A stretch of 64,000 bases of DNA from Heterodontus francisci (GCF_036365525.1 NC_090384.1:71261715-71325714), one strand, 5' to 3'. Shown: positions 24,970 through 36,435, counted from the first letter of the stretch. Numbers and translations are program-made. Notes: generated from the sequence alone by a model not told the origin.

Positions 24970-25054
24970 ACATTATTACAAAACTGGGATTCTGGAACCA
25001 GTGGATGGACGGTTAATGTACATGTTTGGAAAGACTACGCATGGCTGGAGATAA
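24970..25054 (+). CDS. ELF5: ELF5-like terminal coding exon, ETS domain C-terminal part
   Basis: ttttgcttttcAG|A CAT...; (R)[27 protein letters not shown], in phase with the previous exon; AATAAA at 25246 and 25275 followed by a GU-rich tract. Confidence 0.92.
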
Positions 25055-25316
25055 AAGCCTTTATTTACCAGTCAACTATATCCTTGATTGATTGAAGATT
25101 ATGGACTGTGTTAGCAAGAGCTGGCACCATCTTTAGACGATTCCCAGTCAGCGGTCAGCTCAACTAAGCAATGTGATTATTTTTCTATTCAAAACTAAAT
25201 CTTAGCCTTCAGCTTGTTTGATTTTTTTGGTGAAAAATGCAGCACAATAAAGCCAAAATATTCACCAAACTTGTAATAAATGGGACTTCAACTGTGTTGT
25301 TTTATGTTGCAATTAA

Positions 25317-26111
25317 CACGTGTGGGTTGCTTGCCAGCTCCCGGTGTGGGGGTCCCTTGTTCAAAGGCACTTACTGTCTGATTGAGAGACCCAGCATCGG
25401 GAAGGAGGGGGGCCCACTGAGAGCTACCTCACTGCCCTTACTGCCGACACCCCCACACACCCTCCCCCGCGACACCCAACCCTCAAAATCCCTCCCGCCA
25501 TGATTCACCTGTGTCCCGGGTCCCTCGAAGATCCTAGGCCTCGGGTGGGTGCATTACAGGCAGCAGTCACCGCCTCTGCAGTGGCACTGCTCAGTGAAAA
25601 AGCTGCTGGCCTCTGATTGACTGGCAGCTCTCAGAAGGCGGGCCGTCTGTCGCCGGGGTCCTTAATCTCAGGAAAGGCCTGCCGCTGCCCACTTAAGTGC
25701 CTAATTGGCACGTAATCCGGTGGACCTTCCTCAGTGGAGGCAATATGGGGCTCTTGCCGGCTCTTCAGCAGGTGGCCGAGACCCCCTTTGCCGACATGAT
25801 TGGTGTTAATTAAAGACTAACACAATTTTAAAGGCTCTTACAGTTGGTCCAGTGAAATTTTTTCTCTCAGAGGGTCGTGAGTCTTTGGAATTCTCTTCCT
25901 CAAAAGGTGGTGGAAGCCAAGTCTTTGAATATTTTTAAGGCAGAGGTAGATAGATTCTTGATAAGCAAGGGGGTGGAAGGTTATCGGGGGTAGGTGGAAA
26001 TGTGGAATAATCAGTTCAGCCATGAACTTATTGAATGACGGAGCAGGCTCGAAGGGCCAAGTGGCCTACTCCTGCTTCTAATTCGTATGTATGTATGTAC
26101 ATAAAATCCCC
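25317..26111. mobile_element. Truncated Harbinger-type MITE containing a CR1 3' end (about 25850-26095)
   Basis: Shared MITE motif agctgctggcctctgattgactggcagctc; right end ATAAAATCCCC; CR1 tail ending in TATG repeats. Confidence 0.65.
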
Positions 26112-26563
26112 TCCTTGTGAATGTTCTATGGAGTCTATACACAGGAGTTCAAAATCTGTAATCTATATCCATCTATAGCTCTTGGTTTCCCTGTATATGT
26201 AGCTATTTATGTATATATGAATCTATATTACATAGAATATACATCATAGAAACAGGCCATTCAGCCCAACACTTGGTGTTTATGCTCCACTGAAGCCTCC
26301 CCTAATCCTTCCTCATCTAACTAAATTAGCGTAACCCTCTATTCCTTTCTCCCTCATATGCTTATCTAGCTTCCCATTAAATGCATCTACGCTATTCAAC
26401 TCAACAACACCCTGTGGCAGTCAGTTCCACACTCTCACCACTCTCTGGATAACGAAGTTTCTTCCGAATTCCCTATTTGATTTCTTGGTGACTATCTTAT
26501 ATTGATGGCCTCTGGCTTTGCTCTTCCCTACAAGTAGAAGCACCGTCTCTGTGTCTACTCTAT

Positions 26564-27252
26564 GGGCCGGATTTTATTCCAGTGACGGGGATCCTGACAG
26601 TGGGCCGGAAGGCAGGGGCCCCATTGCTATTCCATGGTGGGCAGCCAATTAACTGCTCGCAGTCGGGGACACCATCACTTTAAGGGATGAACTTCTGCCT
26701 ACAAAAGCTGCCAGCCAATCGGAAGGCTGGCAGCTCTGCATTACTGGCAGCACCACCGGGAGCAGTGGCCAGGAGAAGGAGAAGAACCGAGACAGGTAAG
26801 AGGGGTTGGGGTCGACGGGGCGAGTGAGGCAGGCCCCGGCAATAGGGTGAGGGTAGGTAAGGGTGGGAGGGGTCTTCCTGGGAGGCAGGGCGGCCATTGC
26901 TGCTGGAGGTGGGGGCCCTCAAGGGGCCCTGGATTTCCCCCAAAGCTGGGACCACCTCAACCCCGCTAGGAGACTGCCAGGCTTTACCAGGTGGCATCTC
27001 CCCATGACGGTGGGCTCCTCCATCTTCAATAAAATCGAAACGCAGGTGGAAAGGTGGCCTTAAGTGGCCATTAATTGGCCAATTAAAGGCCTCAATTGGC
27101 CTGGGGCGGGATGGCCATCTTTGGTTTTCCCCGTCCCAGACAATATAGCAGGGGGCCTGGGCAACGTCAGGAATGGTGCCTCCTGCCATTTTGTTTGCCC
27201 CCCCACCCCCCACCTCTGTGCTTGTCTCCAAGGGCAGAATAAAATCCTGCCC
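26564..27252. mobile_element. PIF/Harbinger-type MITE inside a minus-strand CR1 fragment (about 26230-27600)
   Basis: TIRs GGGCCGGATTTTATT / AATAAAATCCTGCCC; 3-bp TSD TAT on both sides. Confidence 0.88.
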
Positions 27253-27615
27253 TATGAAAACCTTCCATAATTTTAAAGATCTCTATCAGGTGACACCTTA
27301 ACCTTTGCTTTTCAAGAGAGGAGACCCAGCTGTTCATCCTTTCTTGCAGTTCTGGTATCATCCATTTAAATCTTTTTGTACCCTCTCGTGAGCCTCTATA
27401 ACCTTTTGATAATATGGTGACCAGAACTGTACACATGACTCCAAGTGTGCTCTAACCTAAGGTTCAATACAAGTTTAGCATAACTCCTCTTCAATTCTAT
27501 CCTTCTAGAAATAATCCCTAGTTCTTGGTTTTCTCTTTTTAAGGCCTTAGTAACCTGCACTGCTACTTTCAGTAACTTGTGTATTTGTACTCTCAGATCA
27601 TAGCCATCTATATAT

Positions 27616-28527
27616 TGTTAGGACCAGGTGAGAAAGAGGTCTAGGGTTCCCTCTCAGCCTTCACCCGGTCTTACTGTAACAGGGTTTAATTTTAAACAAA
27701 CCATGTTTTTAGCTCCCCCTTGGTGAATCCTTGTTCACCGCTTTCCAAATATAAGGCAAAGAAACCAGCACAAACAGGCTTTCTTAGGTTTAAAGAAGAA
27801 AAGTTGAAACTTATTAAACTTAAACTTAATATCTGATTTGGTTAACGCCTATGGATACATGATGTGCCCCACACTAGCATGCATACGTGATACACACATG
27901 CAAATAGAGACAGAAAAGACCAGAAGAAAAATAAAGTGGAAAAGCTTCAGGCAATATCTGAAGAGTTGTTGTAATGGTTCTTCAAGCTCACTGTAGGGTC
28001 CTTGATTGTAGGTAGATCTTGCTTTTTGTTGGGGCCCAATAGTCTTCTTAAACCTTGTTCGCTGTAGGAGACTTTTCTTTCTTGGGGTTCATGTGTCTTC
28101 AGTGGATTCAGAGTCTTGTGAGAAAGAGATCGCAGCAGACAGGAGAGAGATCTTCTCAGTCCAGGAGCAAACAGCTTTCTGCTCAAAACTGTTTGTACAA
28201 ATTCAAAAGACTCAAGTTGCCCCGCAGGTTAATCATGTGACTAGCTGGTTTGACCATGTTCCTTTGTGTATTTGGCCATCTTAGCAGTCAACCTGGAATG
28301 CGAGCTCCCCCACCTTCAACGTCTGGTGATCAAAAGTCCATTGTGGGTTGAATGTCAGGGAATGGCTGCTTTGTCCTTCGAAACACTGTCTGTTAATATG
28401 CAAATGTCTTTTCTAGCCACAGCTGATATGTTTAACAAGTCTTCTTCACTCCAGTAACAGTTTAAGATCAAAGTTCATGACAAAGTTAATGTGTCTCATT
28501 CGTGGCAGGTGGGGGCCTAACATGACA
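27616..28527 (-). mobile_element. Solo LTR (Gypsy-like)
   Basis: TGTTAGG...CATGACA termini with a perfect 4-bp TSD ATAT; inverted homolog of 12962-13872. Confidence 0.9.
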
Positions 28528-28669
28528 ATATCCATTTATAGCTAAGTATATATCTATAAAATCTGACACACCTGAAAAGTGATGGACATGTTTTATTTTT
28601 GAATTTCTCCTGATGTGGGCATTATTGACAAGATCATCACTCATTGCCCTTCCCTAATTTCCCTTGGGA

Positions 28670-31600
28670 AGTGCAAGAACAATAGGGCAGTAATAGTCGG
28701 GGATTTTCATTACCCCAATATTAACTGATTTAGTGCGAAAGGAATTGAGGGAGCAGAATTCTTGAGGTGCATTTAGGAGAACTTTTTTGCCCAATATGTG
28801 GCAAGTCCAACAAGAGAGGTGTAGTTTTAGACTTAGTTTTAGGAAATGAAAATGGGCAGGTGAAGGGGTGGCGGTGGGAGAGAATTTTGGTGGTAGTGAT
28901 TATAATTCGGTCAATTTTAACATAATTATGGAAAAGGACAGAGATAGAACAGGAGTTAGATTCCTTAATTGGGGCAAGGCCAATTTTACTAAACTGAGGA
29001 GTGATTTAGCGAAAGTGGACTGGAAACAGCTACTTGAAGGTAAATTAGTGTCAGAACAGTGGAAGGCATTCAAAGGAGAGATTCAAGGGGTTCAGGGTTA
29101 ACATGTTCCCACAAAGAAAAATGGTGAGGCAGCCAAATCTATAACCCCATCGATGTCAAGGAGCCTACATGGTAAGATAAGGCAGATAGGGCGGCACAGT
29201 GGCGCAGTGGTTAGCACCGCAGCCTCACAGCTCCAGGGACCCGGGTTCAATTCTGGGTACTGCCTGTGCGGAGTTTGCAAGTTCTCCCTGTGACCGCGTG
29301 GGTTTTCGTCGGGTGCTCCGGTTTCCTCCCACCGCCAAAGACTTGGTGATAGGTAAATTAGCCATTGTAAATTGCCCCTAGTGTAGGTAGGTGGTAGGGA
29401 ATATGGGATTACTGTAGGGTTAGTATAAATGGGTGGTTCTTGGTTAGCACAGACTCGGTGGGCCAAAGGGCCTGTTTCAGTGCTTATCTCTAAATTAAAT
29501 AAATAAAATAAAAGGAAAGCATATGTCTGACACCAAGAACTCAATACTACAGAAAGCCAAGAGGAGTATAGAAAGTGGAGGGGTGAAATCAAAAAGGAAA
29601 TTAGGAAAGCAAGAGAGAGGGCATGAAAGAATATTGGCAAGCAAAATCAAGGCGAACCCAAAGATGTTTTATCAATACATTAAGTGTAAGAGGATAACTA
29701 AGGAGAGAGTACGGCCCATAAAAGACCAAAAAGGTAACCTATGTATAGGAGTGGACGATATTGGTATGGTTCTTAATGAATACTTTGCACCTGTCTTCAC
29801 AAAAGAGGGGGACGATGCAGATATTGTAGTTAAGGACGAAAAATGTGAAATATTGGATGTGATAAACATAGGAGAGAGGAATTATTAATAGGAATAGCAT
29901 CTTTGAAAGTTGATAAATCACTAGGGCCAGATGAAGTGTATCCTAGGCTGTTAAAAGAAGCAAGAGAGGAAATAGAAGAGGGTCTGACCATCATTTTCCT
30001 GTCCTCACTGGATACAGGTGTGGTGCCGGAGGATTGGAGAATTGCTAACGTTGTACCTCTGTTTAAAAAGGGAGCAAAGGGTAGAACGAATAATTACAGC
30101 CAGTCAGTCTAACCTCAGTAGTGGGCAAATTCTTGGAATCTATTCTGAGAGACAGGATAAACTGGCACTTAGAAAATCACAGGTTAATCAAGGATAGTCA
30201 GCATGGATTTGTTAAAGGAAGATCTTGTTTGACTAACTTGATCGAATTTTTTGAAGAAGTAACAAGGAAGATAGATAAGGGTAATGTAGTTGATGTGGTC
30301 TACATGGATCTTAGCAAGCCTTTTGACAAGGTTCCACATGGCAGACTAGTTAAAAAAATAAAGTCCCATGGGATCCAGGGAAATGTAGCAAGGTGTATAC
30401 AAAATTGGCTCAGTGGCAGGAAACAAAGGATAATTGTCGATGGCTGTTTTAGCAACTGGAGGGCTGTTACCAGTAGAGTTCCGTAGGGCTCAGTACTGGG
30501 TCCCCTGCTTTTTGTGGTGTATATTAATGATTTGGACATAAATGTAGGGGGCATGATCAAGAAGTTTGCGGACGACACAAAGATTGGCCGTGTGGTAGAT
30601 AACAAGGAGGATAGCTGTAGGCTGCAGGAAGTATTGATGGCCTGGTCAGATGGGCAGAAAAGTGGCAAATGGATTTCAACTTAGAGAAGTGTGAGATGAT
30701 GCATTTGGGGAGGTCAAACAAGGCAGAGAAATACACGATTAATGGGAAAATACTGAAAAGTGTAGAGGAAGTAAGGGAACTTGGAGTGAATGTCGATACG
30801 ATGGTTAAGAAGGCATATGAAATCCTTTCCTTTATTAACTGAGGTATAGAATACAAGAGCAGGGAGGTTATGCTGGAACAGTATAACTCATTGGTTAGGC
30901 CACAACTTGAGTACTGTGTGCAGTTCTGGTCACCTCATTACAGAAAGGATGTAATTGCACTAGAGAGGGTACAGAGGAGATTTATGAGGATGTTGCCAGG
31001 ACTGGAAAAATGCAGCTTTGAGGGAAGATTGGATAGGCTGGAGTTGTTCTCCTTGGAACAGAGAAGGCTGAGGGGAGATCTGATTGAAATGTACAAAATT
31101 TTGAGGGGCCTGGATAGAGTGGAGGTGAAGGGTCTATTCACCTTAGCAAAGAAGTCTGTGATGAGGGGGCATAGATTTAAAGTGATTGGTAGAAAAATTA
31201 GAGGGGAGATGAGGAATAACTTTTTCACCCATCGGGTGGTGATGGCCCGGAACTCACTGCCTGAAAGGGTAGTTGAGGCAGAAACCCTCAACTCATTCCA
31301 AAGGAGTCTGGATATGCACCTCAAGTGCTGTAATCTGCAGGGCTACGGATCAAATGCTGGAAGGAGGGATTAGAATAGGTGGATCGTTTTTCAGCCAGCA
31401 CAGACATGATGGGCCAAGTGGCCTCTTTCAGTGCCTTACACTTTCTATGATTCTAAGGTATGGTAGGCCCTTTTCTTGAACTACTTGAATTACAGAAAGG
31501 ACATATTTGCTCTGGAGAGAGTGCAGAGGAGATTTACAAGAATGTTGCCAGGGCTTGAAAGTTGCAGCTATGAGGAAAGATTGGATCGGCTAGTGCTGTT

Positions 31601-32010
31601 TTCCTTAGAACAGAGGAGGCTGAGGGGTGACTTAATTGAGGTATACAAAATTATGAGAGGCCTAGATAGAGGAGACAGGAAGGACCTGTTACACCTAGTG
31701 GAAAGGTCAGTTACCAGGGGGCACAGATTTAAGGTGATTGGTAGAAGGATTAGAGGGAACATGAGGAAAAACCTTTTCACCCAGAGGGTGGTGGGTGTCT
31801 GAAATTCACTGCCAGGTATGGTGGTGGAGGCAGAAACCCTTAATTCTTTTAAAAGCTACGTGGACCTGCACCTGAAATGCTGGAACCGGCTATGGACCAG
31901 GTGCTGGAAGGTGGGATTAGATTGGGTGGCTAGTTTTTTGGCCGCACGGATATGATGGGCTGAATGGCCTCCTTCTGTGCTGTAATTTTTCTATGGTTCT
32001 ATGGTTCTAC
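28670..32010 (+). mobile_element. CR1/HER1 LINE ORF2 (APE-RT, decayed) followed by a second CR1 3' end (about 31485-32010)
   Basis: KVDKSLGPDEVYPRLLKE, SQHGFVKGRSCLTNLIEFFEEVT, KFADDTK and LVRPQLEYCVQFWSPH motifs with stops and frameshifts; TTCTATGG-repeat tail. Confidence 0.92.
29188..29510 (+). mobile_element. HE1-like tRNA-derived SINE inserted in CR1
   Basis: A-box-like tggcgcagtggtt, B-box-like ggttcaattc, central ggtgctccggtttcctccc, CR1-like 3' tail and TAAA-repeat end. Confidence 0.9.
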
Positions 32011-32620
32011 TGCAGTCCATGCACTGTTAGGTAGGAAGTTCCAGGATTTTGACACAGTGACAATGAAAGAATGCCATTGTATGTCCAAGTCAGGATGATG
32101 TGTGACTTGTAGGAGAACTTGGAGGTGATGATGTTCCCATGCTCCTGCTCCCCATACTCTTTTAGTTGGTGGAGGCCATGAATTTAGGAGGGGCTGCTAA
32201 AGAAGCCTTGGCAACTTGCCTCTGTGCATCTTATAGACAGGACAGATTGCAGCTACGATGCACTAGTGGCAGAGATTTAAGGCAGTGATGGTTGCTAATC
32301 AAACAGACATAGTGGTATTGTGTGAGATGCTCAGGAAACAGTATGAAGTACACATCCACTCATGGCTGATATTACAGGCAGATTAGGAATATGAACGAAT
32401 ATTTGGGTGGTGACACAGTACACAGACACTGTGTTCACTGAGGCATAGGAGGCAGGTTGTATCTGTGATCCAGGTCACACACACTGAAAGTTTTCTTTGC
32501 CATATGGGTCACCATGAGTAAAGGCCTCATTCATCTTCACTACTGACCCTCATCCAATAAAACACCCAAGGGATGGATACAGAGCAACAAAGGGAAAGTC
32601 CTATGAGAAGGGTGGGTTGT

Positions 32621-33669
32621 GGGGCCAATTTTCGCTGGCTCCTTTAGGAGACAGAGAGCCTCTGAGGTGACCAATATGGGGTCTTGAGCTGAAATGCCAG
32701 TTCACTTGCATTTAGCACAAGATGCAATCTTTGTAAAGGAGTTGAAGGGCATGCAAAGAACGGTCGCATAGAGGTTTATTAAGGGGCTGATTGCCACTTA
32801 AATTATCTGCTAGCACTCATTAAAGTGGCTGCATGCCATTTTGGTGGGTAGCGCTTGACACAATGCCCTCTCCTAACAGAGGCTAGCTGAACAGGAGTAA
32901 ACAAATCGAGTGTTACTTAAAGGCATATTCACCTTTTACGGTTTACCTACCGCTGTAGGTTTGAAGAGGACTTTTGAAACACATTGGGAGACTTCTTTTG
33001 GCAGTTTGTCGAGACTTCACCAAAACAATGTTCACATTTATTCTGGAAATTCTCTGAGGACTTCACCTAAAAATAGTAAATGCTGTGCTTCTCTACCTTA
33101 TTGGACACCTTATAAGAGCCACCAGGAGATAGGGAGTGCTTGGTTATGAACATCTTGCTGGGGGTCGCCCCAGGGAGGATGAATGGGAGGAGGCCATGAG
33201 ACCAGACAAAGCTGCATCAGCTACTGCAGGAGAGAGGAACAGGAGGGTGAGGAAGGTGAGCTGGACTCCTTCACCTCATCCCTCCCCACCGCCCCCCCCC
33301 CCCCCCCCCCCCCCACCCCACCCCGGCCCACCAGCACAGGTAAACAATATCCCTCTTCCTCTGGACCTCCTCCAGCAGGACCATGCCCAAGAACCTATTT
33401 GCCCTCTCCCTCAACCCCTGAGTCATCCTGAAACCTGCCGCTATGTGTAAACCAGCTCAGTGGAAGCGAGTGTGTGCAGTCCACATATACTGCTGTGCTT
33501 GAGTACTAAATTTGCAGGTGTCTGTTTTAGCACCTCCAGGCAAGTTCAAATTATGGTCATCAGCAATTAGGAACAAAGCTGTGTGCTAAATCACACTTTC
33601 AAACAGCCATGTCTTAATAGCACAGCACCCATTTTGTGCCAGTTTTCACCCTTTCACCAAAATAACCCC
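32621..33669. mobile_element. Internally deleted Harbinger-like element with a long poly-C tract
   Basis: Termini GGGGCCAATTTT / AAAATAACCCC; interior resembles the region upstream of the transposase in the 54885 element; C-run at about 33292-33313. Confidence 0.5.
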
Positions 33670-33721
33670 TAGTGTTTTCTGTAGGAAGACTTGAAAGGGA
33701 AGGAAAGGAAATACGTTTTAG

Positions 33722-34068
33722 TTTTTTTTTAGAGATACAGCACTGAAACAGGCCCTTCGGCCCACCGAGTCTGTGCCGACCAACAACCACCCATTTATAC
33801 TAATCCTACACTAATTCCATATTCCTACCACATCCCCAACTGTCCCTATATTTCCCTGCCACCTACCTACACTAGGGGCAATTTATAATGGCCAATTTAC
33901 CTATCAACCTGCAAGTCGTTGGCATGTGGGAGGAAACCGGAGCACCCGGAGGAAACCCACGCAGACACAGGGAGAACTTGCAAACTCCGCACAGGCAGTA
34001 CCCAGAATTGAACCCGGGTCGCTGGAGCTGTGAGGCTGCGGTGCTAACCACTGCGCCACTGTGCCACC
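33722..34068 (-). mobile_element. HE1-like tRNA-derived SINE
   Basis: Close reverse complement of the 29188 copy, with a poly(T) end on the + strand. Confidence 0.9.
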
Positions 34069-35580
34069 CAAAACGTTAAAATGGGAAAAAGAAATGTTAT
34101 AGTAAATATCTAAGTCAAATGGTCATTTTTTTTATTTTAAAAAAAGGAAGGAGAAAAGCCATTCAAACATTGTCGGTCATCCTGAATATAAGACAATTTT
34201 CAGGGTTTTCATTCTTCCCAAGATCTAGGCACTCCCTCAGTTTCTAGTGAATTATTCAATAGTGGCTACATTCACTTGGTAGTAGTTTAATCCATGATGG
34301 AGAGGTTGCGTAGCTTGTGCTTTCCTCAGGTCACGATCCTGGTCCCTGGTTCTTGGCTTCTGCACATAGAATTTCCCCACCTCCTTCTTCTCCAATCCCT
34401 GCATAATTTATCATGATTCCCTCCTCCCCATCACAATCCTTTTCCAATGAAAATAAATTGAGCTCACCAAGTCTCTCGGCATTTACATCAATATAAGTGC
34501 TGGAAGCAGGTCCTGTTACCACACTGAATAATGCCAAAGCTATTGATGCTAAAGTTATTTTGTCACTAGGGAGAACAGACAGTAAGCAAAGAGAGCAGAC
34601 ATCTCCATTCACAATACATACAGTCAAAACATGTTTTTGGTATTCTTTTCAACAGTAGTGCATTTGAAATATTATCATAAGCTGAGAAGAAACCAATGAT
34701 TTCAGATATTTCGATTTGTGTCAGTTTGTGTATATTTGTTACTGGGGAAATTTATTGTACATCAGTAATCTTTGCAGATTAACAGATATTAGCACTGTCT
34801 AATAGTTATAATGATTTTTTCAATAAAGAGTAGTGCAAGTTTACAAATTGGGTTTACAGATATACAGCCAAAGAGATGTTAAGAGTTTTGCAGTGCATTC
34901 ACATTTCCCAACTGTAGCATTGATGCAAGGGGCAAAACTACTTTGCATCAATGCTAAACTTGGAATGTAAATCAGGAGTGAAGAATTGAACAGACTCTGA
35001 AGTGAATTGAGTGAGTCTCCCTCATCCAGAGCCTGCTTTACTCCAGTGTCAGCTTGGGACCTGGCTCCAAATACAGGCTGCATTATTGCTGTAACTGTAA
35101 TGTTGGTGAAAAGTGAAATGCACCAACAAAGATTTGTTAAAAATATTTAAAACGCAAGTAATTCAGTTAAATTTTTGTATTCTGAGAATCCTAGAGAAGT
35201 AACTTCTGGCTTTCTGAAGGTCATGTTTACTGCAGTGATGTGTGGGTTTAGTCCCCTTGAATAGTCCGTGGAAGGACTGGCTAAATGCATTAAATGTCCT
35301 TTTCTCATTTCTTTCATATATTTTTTAGGAACCTACATCTTATCACATGCATGTTCTGCGCAGCCTTTGTCCAGAAAATTGAAAAAAACCACTAATTTAA
35401 AAAGCATATTTATTACGAATGCACAGCTAGATAAAGACAGGCAGTAAATACAGAAAGAAAATCGTTTGAAATTTTTAATCTTTCTTCAATCAGCAGAAGT
35501 ATTCATCATTTAAATGGCATTTACTGTAAATGCCCCAATATATTGAGAAACAAGTTGCAGAGAAACATTGTGAAGCTGAA

Positions 35581-35600
35581 CCAATCCACAAGATGGCAGC
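35581..35600 (+). promoter_or_regulatory. CCAAT box abutting a CTCF-like (also YY1-like) motif
   Basis: CCAAT 35581-35585 directly followed by CCACAAGATGGCAGC 35586-35600, close to the CTCF core consensus. Confidence 0.45.
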
Positions 35601-35914
35601 ATCTTGCACGTCTACAACCAAAGGAGGTAGAGTACTGCAGTAAATTAGGGTAAAGTTTGCTGGTGCTGGAGAGGGAATACATTAAGAAATAACAATGGGA
35701 AATAAATAATAGAATCATAAAATTCTAACAATAAAGAAAAGATAACTATTTAGATTGTACATATAATACAAGAAAGTAATGAAAAGTAGAAAGCAAAATA
35801 AACAACTGATATAAGATTAAAAGAAAGTAAAAATCAAGACTGCAAAAACTATATAAAGCATTACTTAATGTAATAATGGAGAAAATGATACACAAAGTAA
35901 CATTCACGGTTTAG

Positions 35915-35990
35915 GAGTGTGGTTAAGTGTGACCGTTGGTTTCGGAGTGACATGATAAAGAGGCAGGCCACCACATCAGCTGCCACAGAA
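35915..35990 (+). promoter_or_regulatory. Putative RAG1 proximal promoter (RUNX, Myb, GATA, RUNX, E-box)
   Basis: TGTGGTT 35918-35924, CCGTTG (Myb, reverse) 35933-35938, TGATAAA 35953-35959, ACCACA 35970-35975 and CAGCTG 35977-35982, all within about 65 bp. Confidence 0.6.
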
Positions 35991-36090
35991 GATACTAGAA
36001 AAGGTAGAGAGTTCCTGTTATTTCAGAGTTTACTTCATGGTTTGGAACAGATGGGAGCCTTCTCTGAAAAACACATTCTGTGAGAGAAAG
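35990..36090 (+). other. RAG1: Predicted non-coding exon 1 of RAG1 (5' end approximate); intron 36091-38452
   Basis: Donor AAG|GTAACG at 36090/36091 just downstream of a lymphoid TF-motif cluster; acceptor ttactttttatatttctgttAG|GTACC at 38452/38453, 19 nt before the ATG. Matches the vertebrate RAG1 layout of a short non-coding exon 1 plus one large coding exon. Confidence 0.6.
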
Positions 36091-36368
36091 GTAACGTAGA
36101 GATTGACATTGCTATCAATCTTTGTACAACGACTGCTTTAACTTAATGTAGAGTTATTTTAGAAGAATTGTAACCAATGTTCTTGTAGGTTTATCTATCC
36201 TAAGTTGTATAGCTAAATGTTACTGTGGAATATATACCTTGTATTTATTAATGGGATAGGTATAGTATAGGCTAGTATGTAAGTCGATAAGGAGTTGAGC
36301 AAGAAACATCACATGGCCAGTTTAATTGATTTTATATTTAGATGCTTTTTTATTGAAGTATTTTAAAG

Positions 36369-36435
36369 CTTCACAAACCACTGACCACCTCCAGGCGCGT
36401 ATCCATTGTCTCTCGAGATAAGGAGGCCCAAAAGA
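36369..36435 (+). mobile_element. 67-bp RTE 3' end in predicted RAG1 intron 1
   Basis: Identical by eye to about 4725-4791; 9-bp TSD ATTTTAAAG (36360-36368 and 36436-36444). Confidence 0.9.

Larger units (their letters stand above)
5146..25054 (+). pseudogene. ELF5: ELF5-like ETS transcription factor gene, multi-exon, with premature stop (candidate pseudogene); 5' exons not identified
   Basis: Three exons with GT-AG borders and compatible phases encode ELF5-type PNT and ETS domains; TAA at 5232-5234 interrupts the PNT exon. Confidence 0.7.

Noticed and set aside
29188-29260. tRNA gene
   Set aside because: The tRNA-like head continues into a SINE body and LINE-like tail and recurs at least three times in the window.
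33136-33450. Proline-rich protein ORF
   Set aside because: Poly-Pro arises from a C homopolymer inside a Harbinger-like remnant; no splice or homology support, and the run length may be unreliable.
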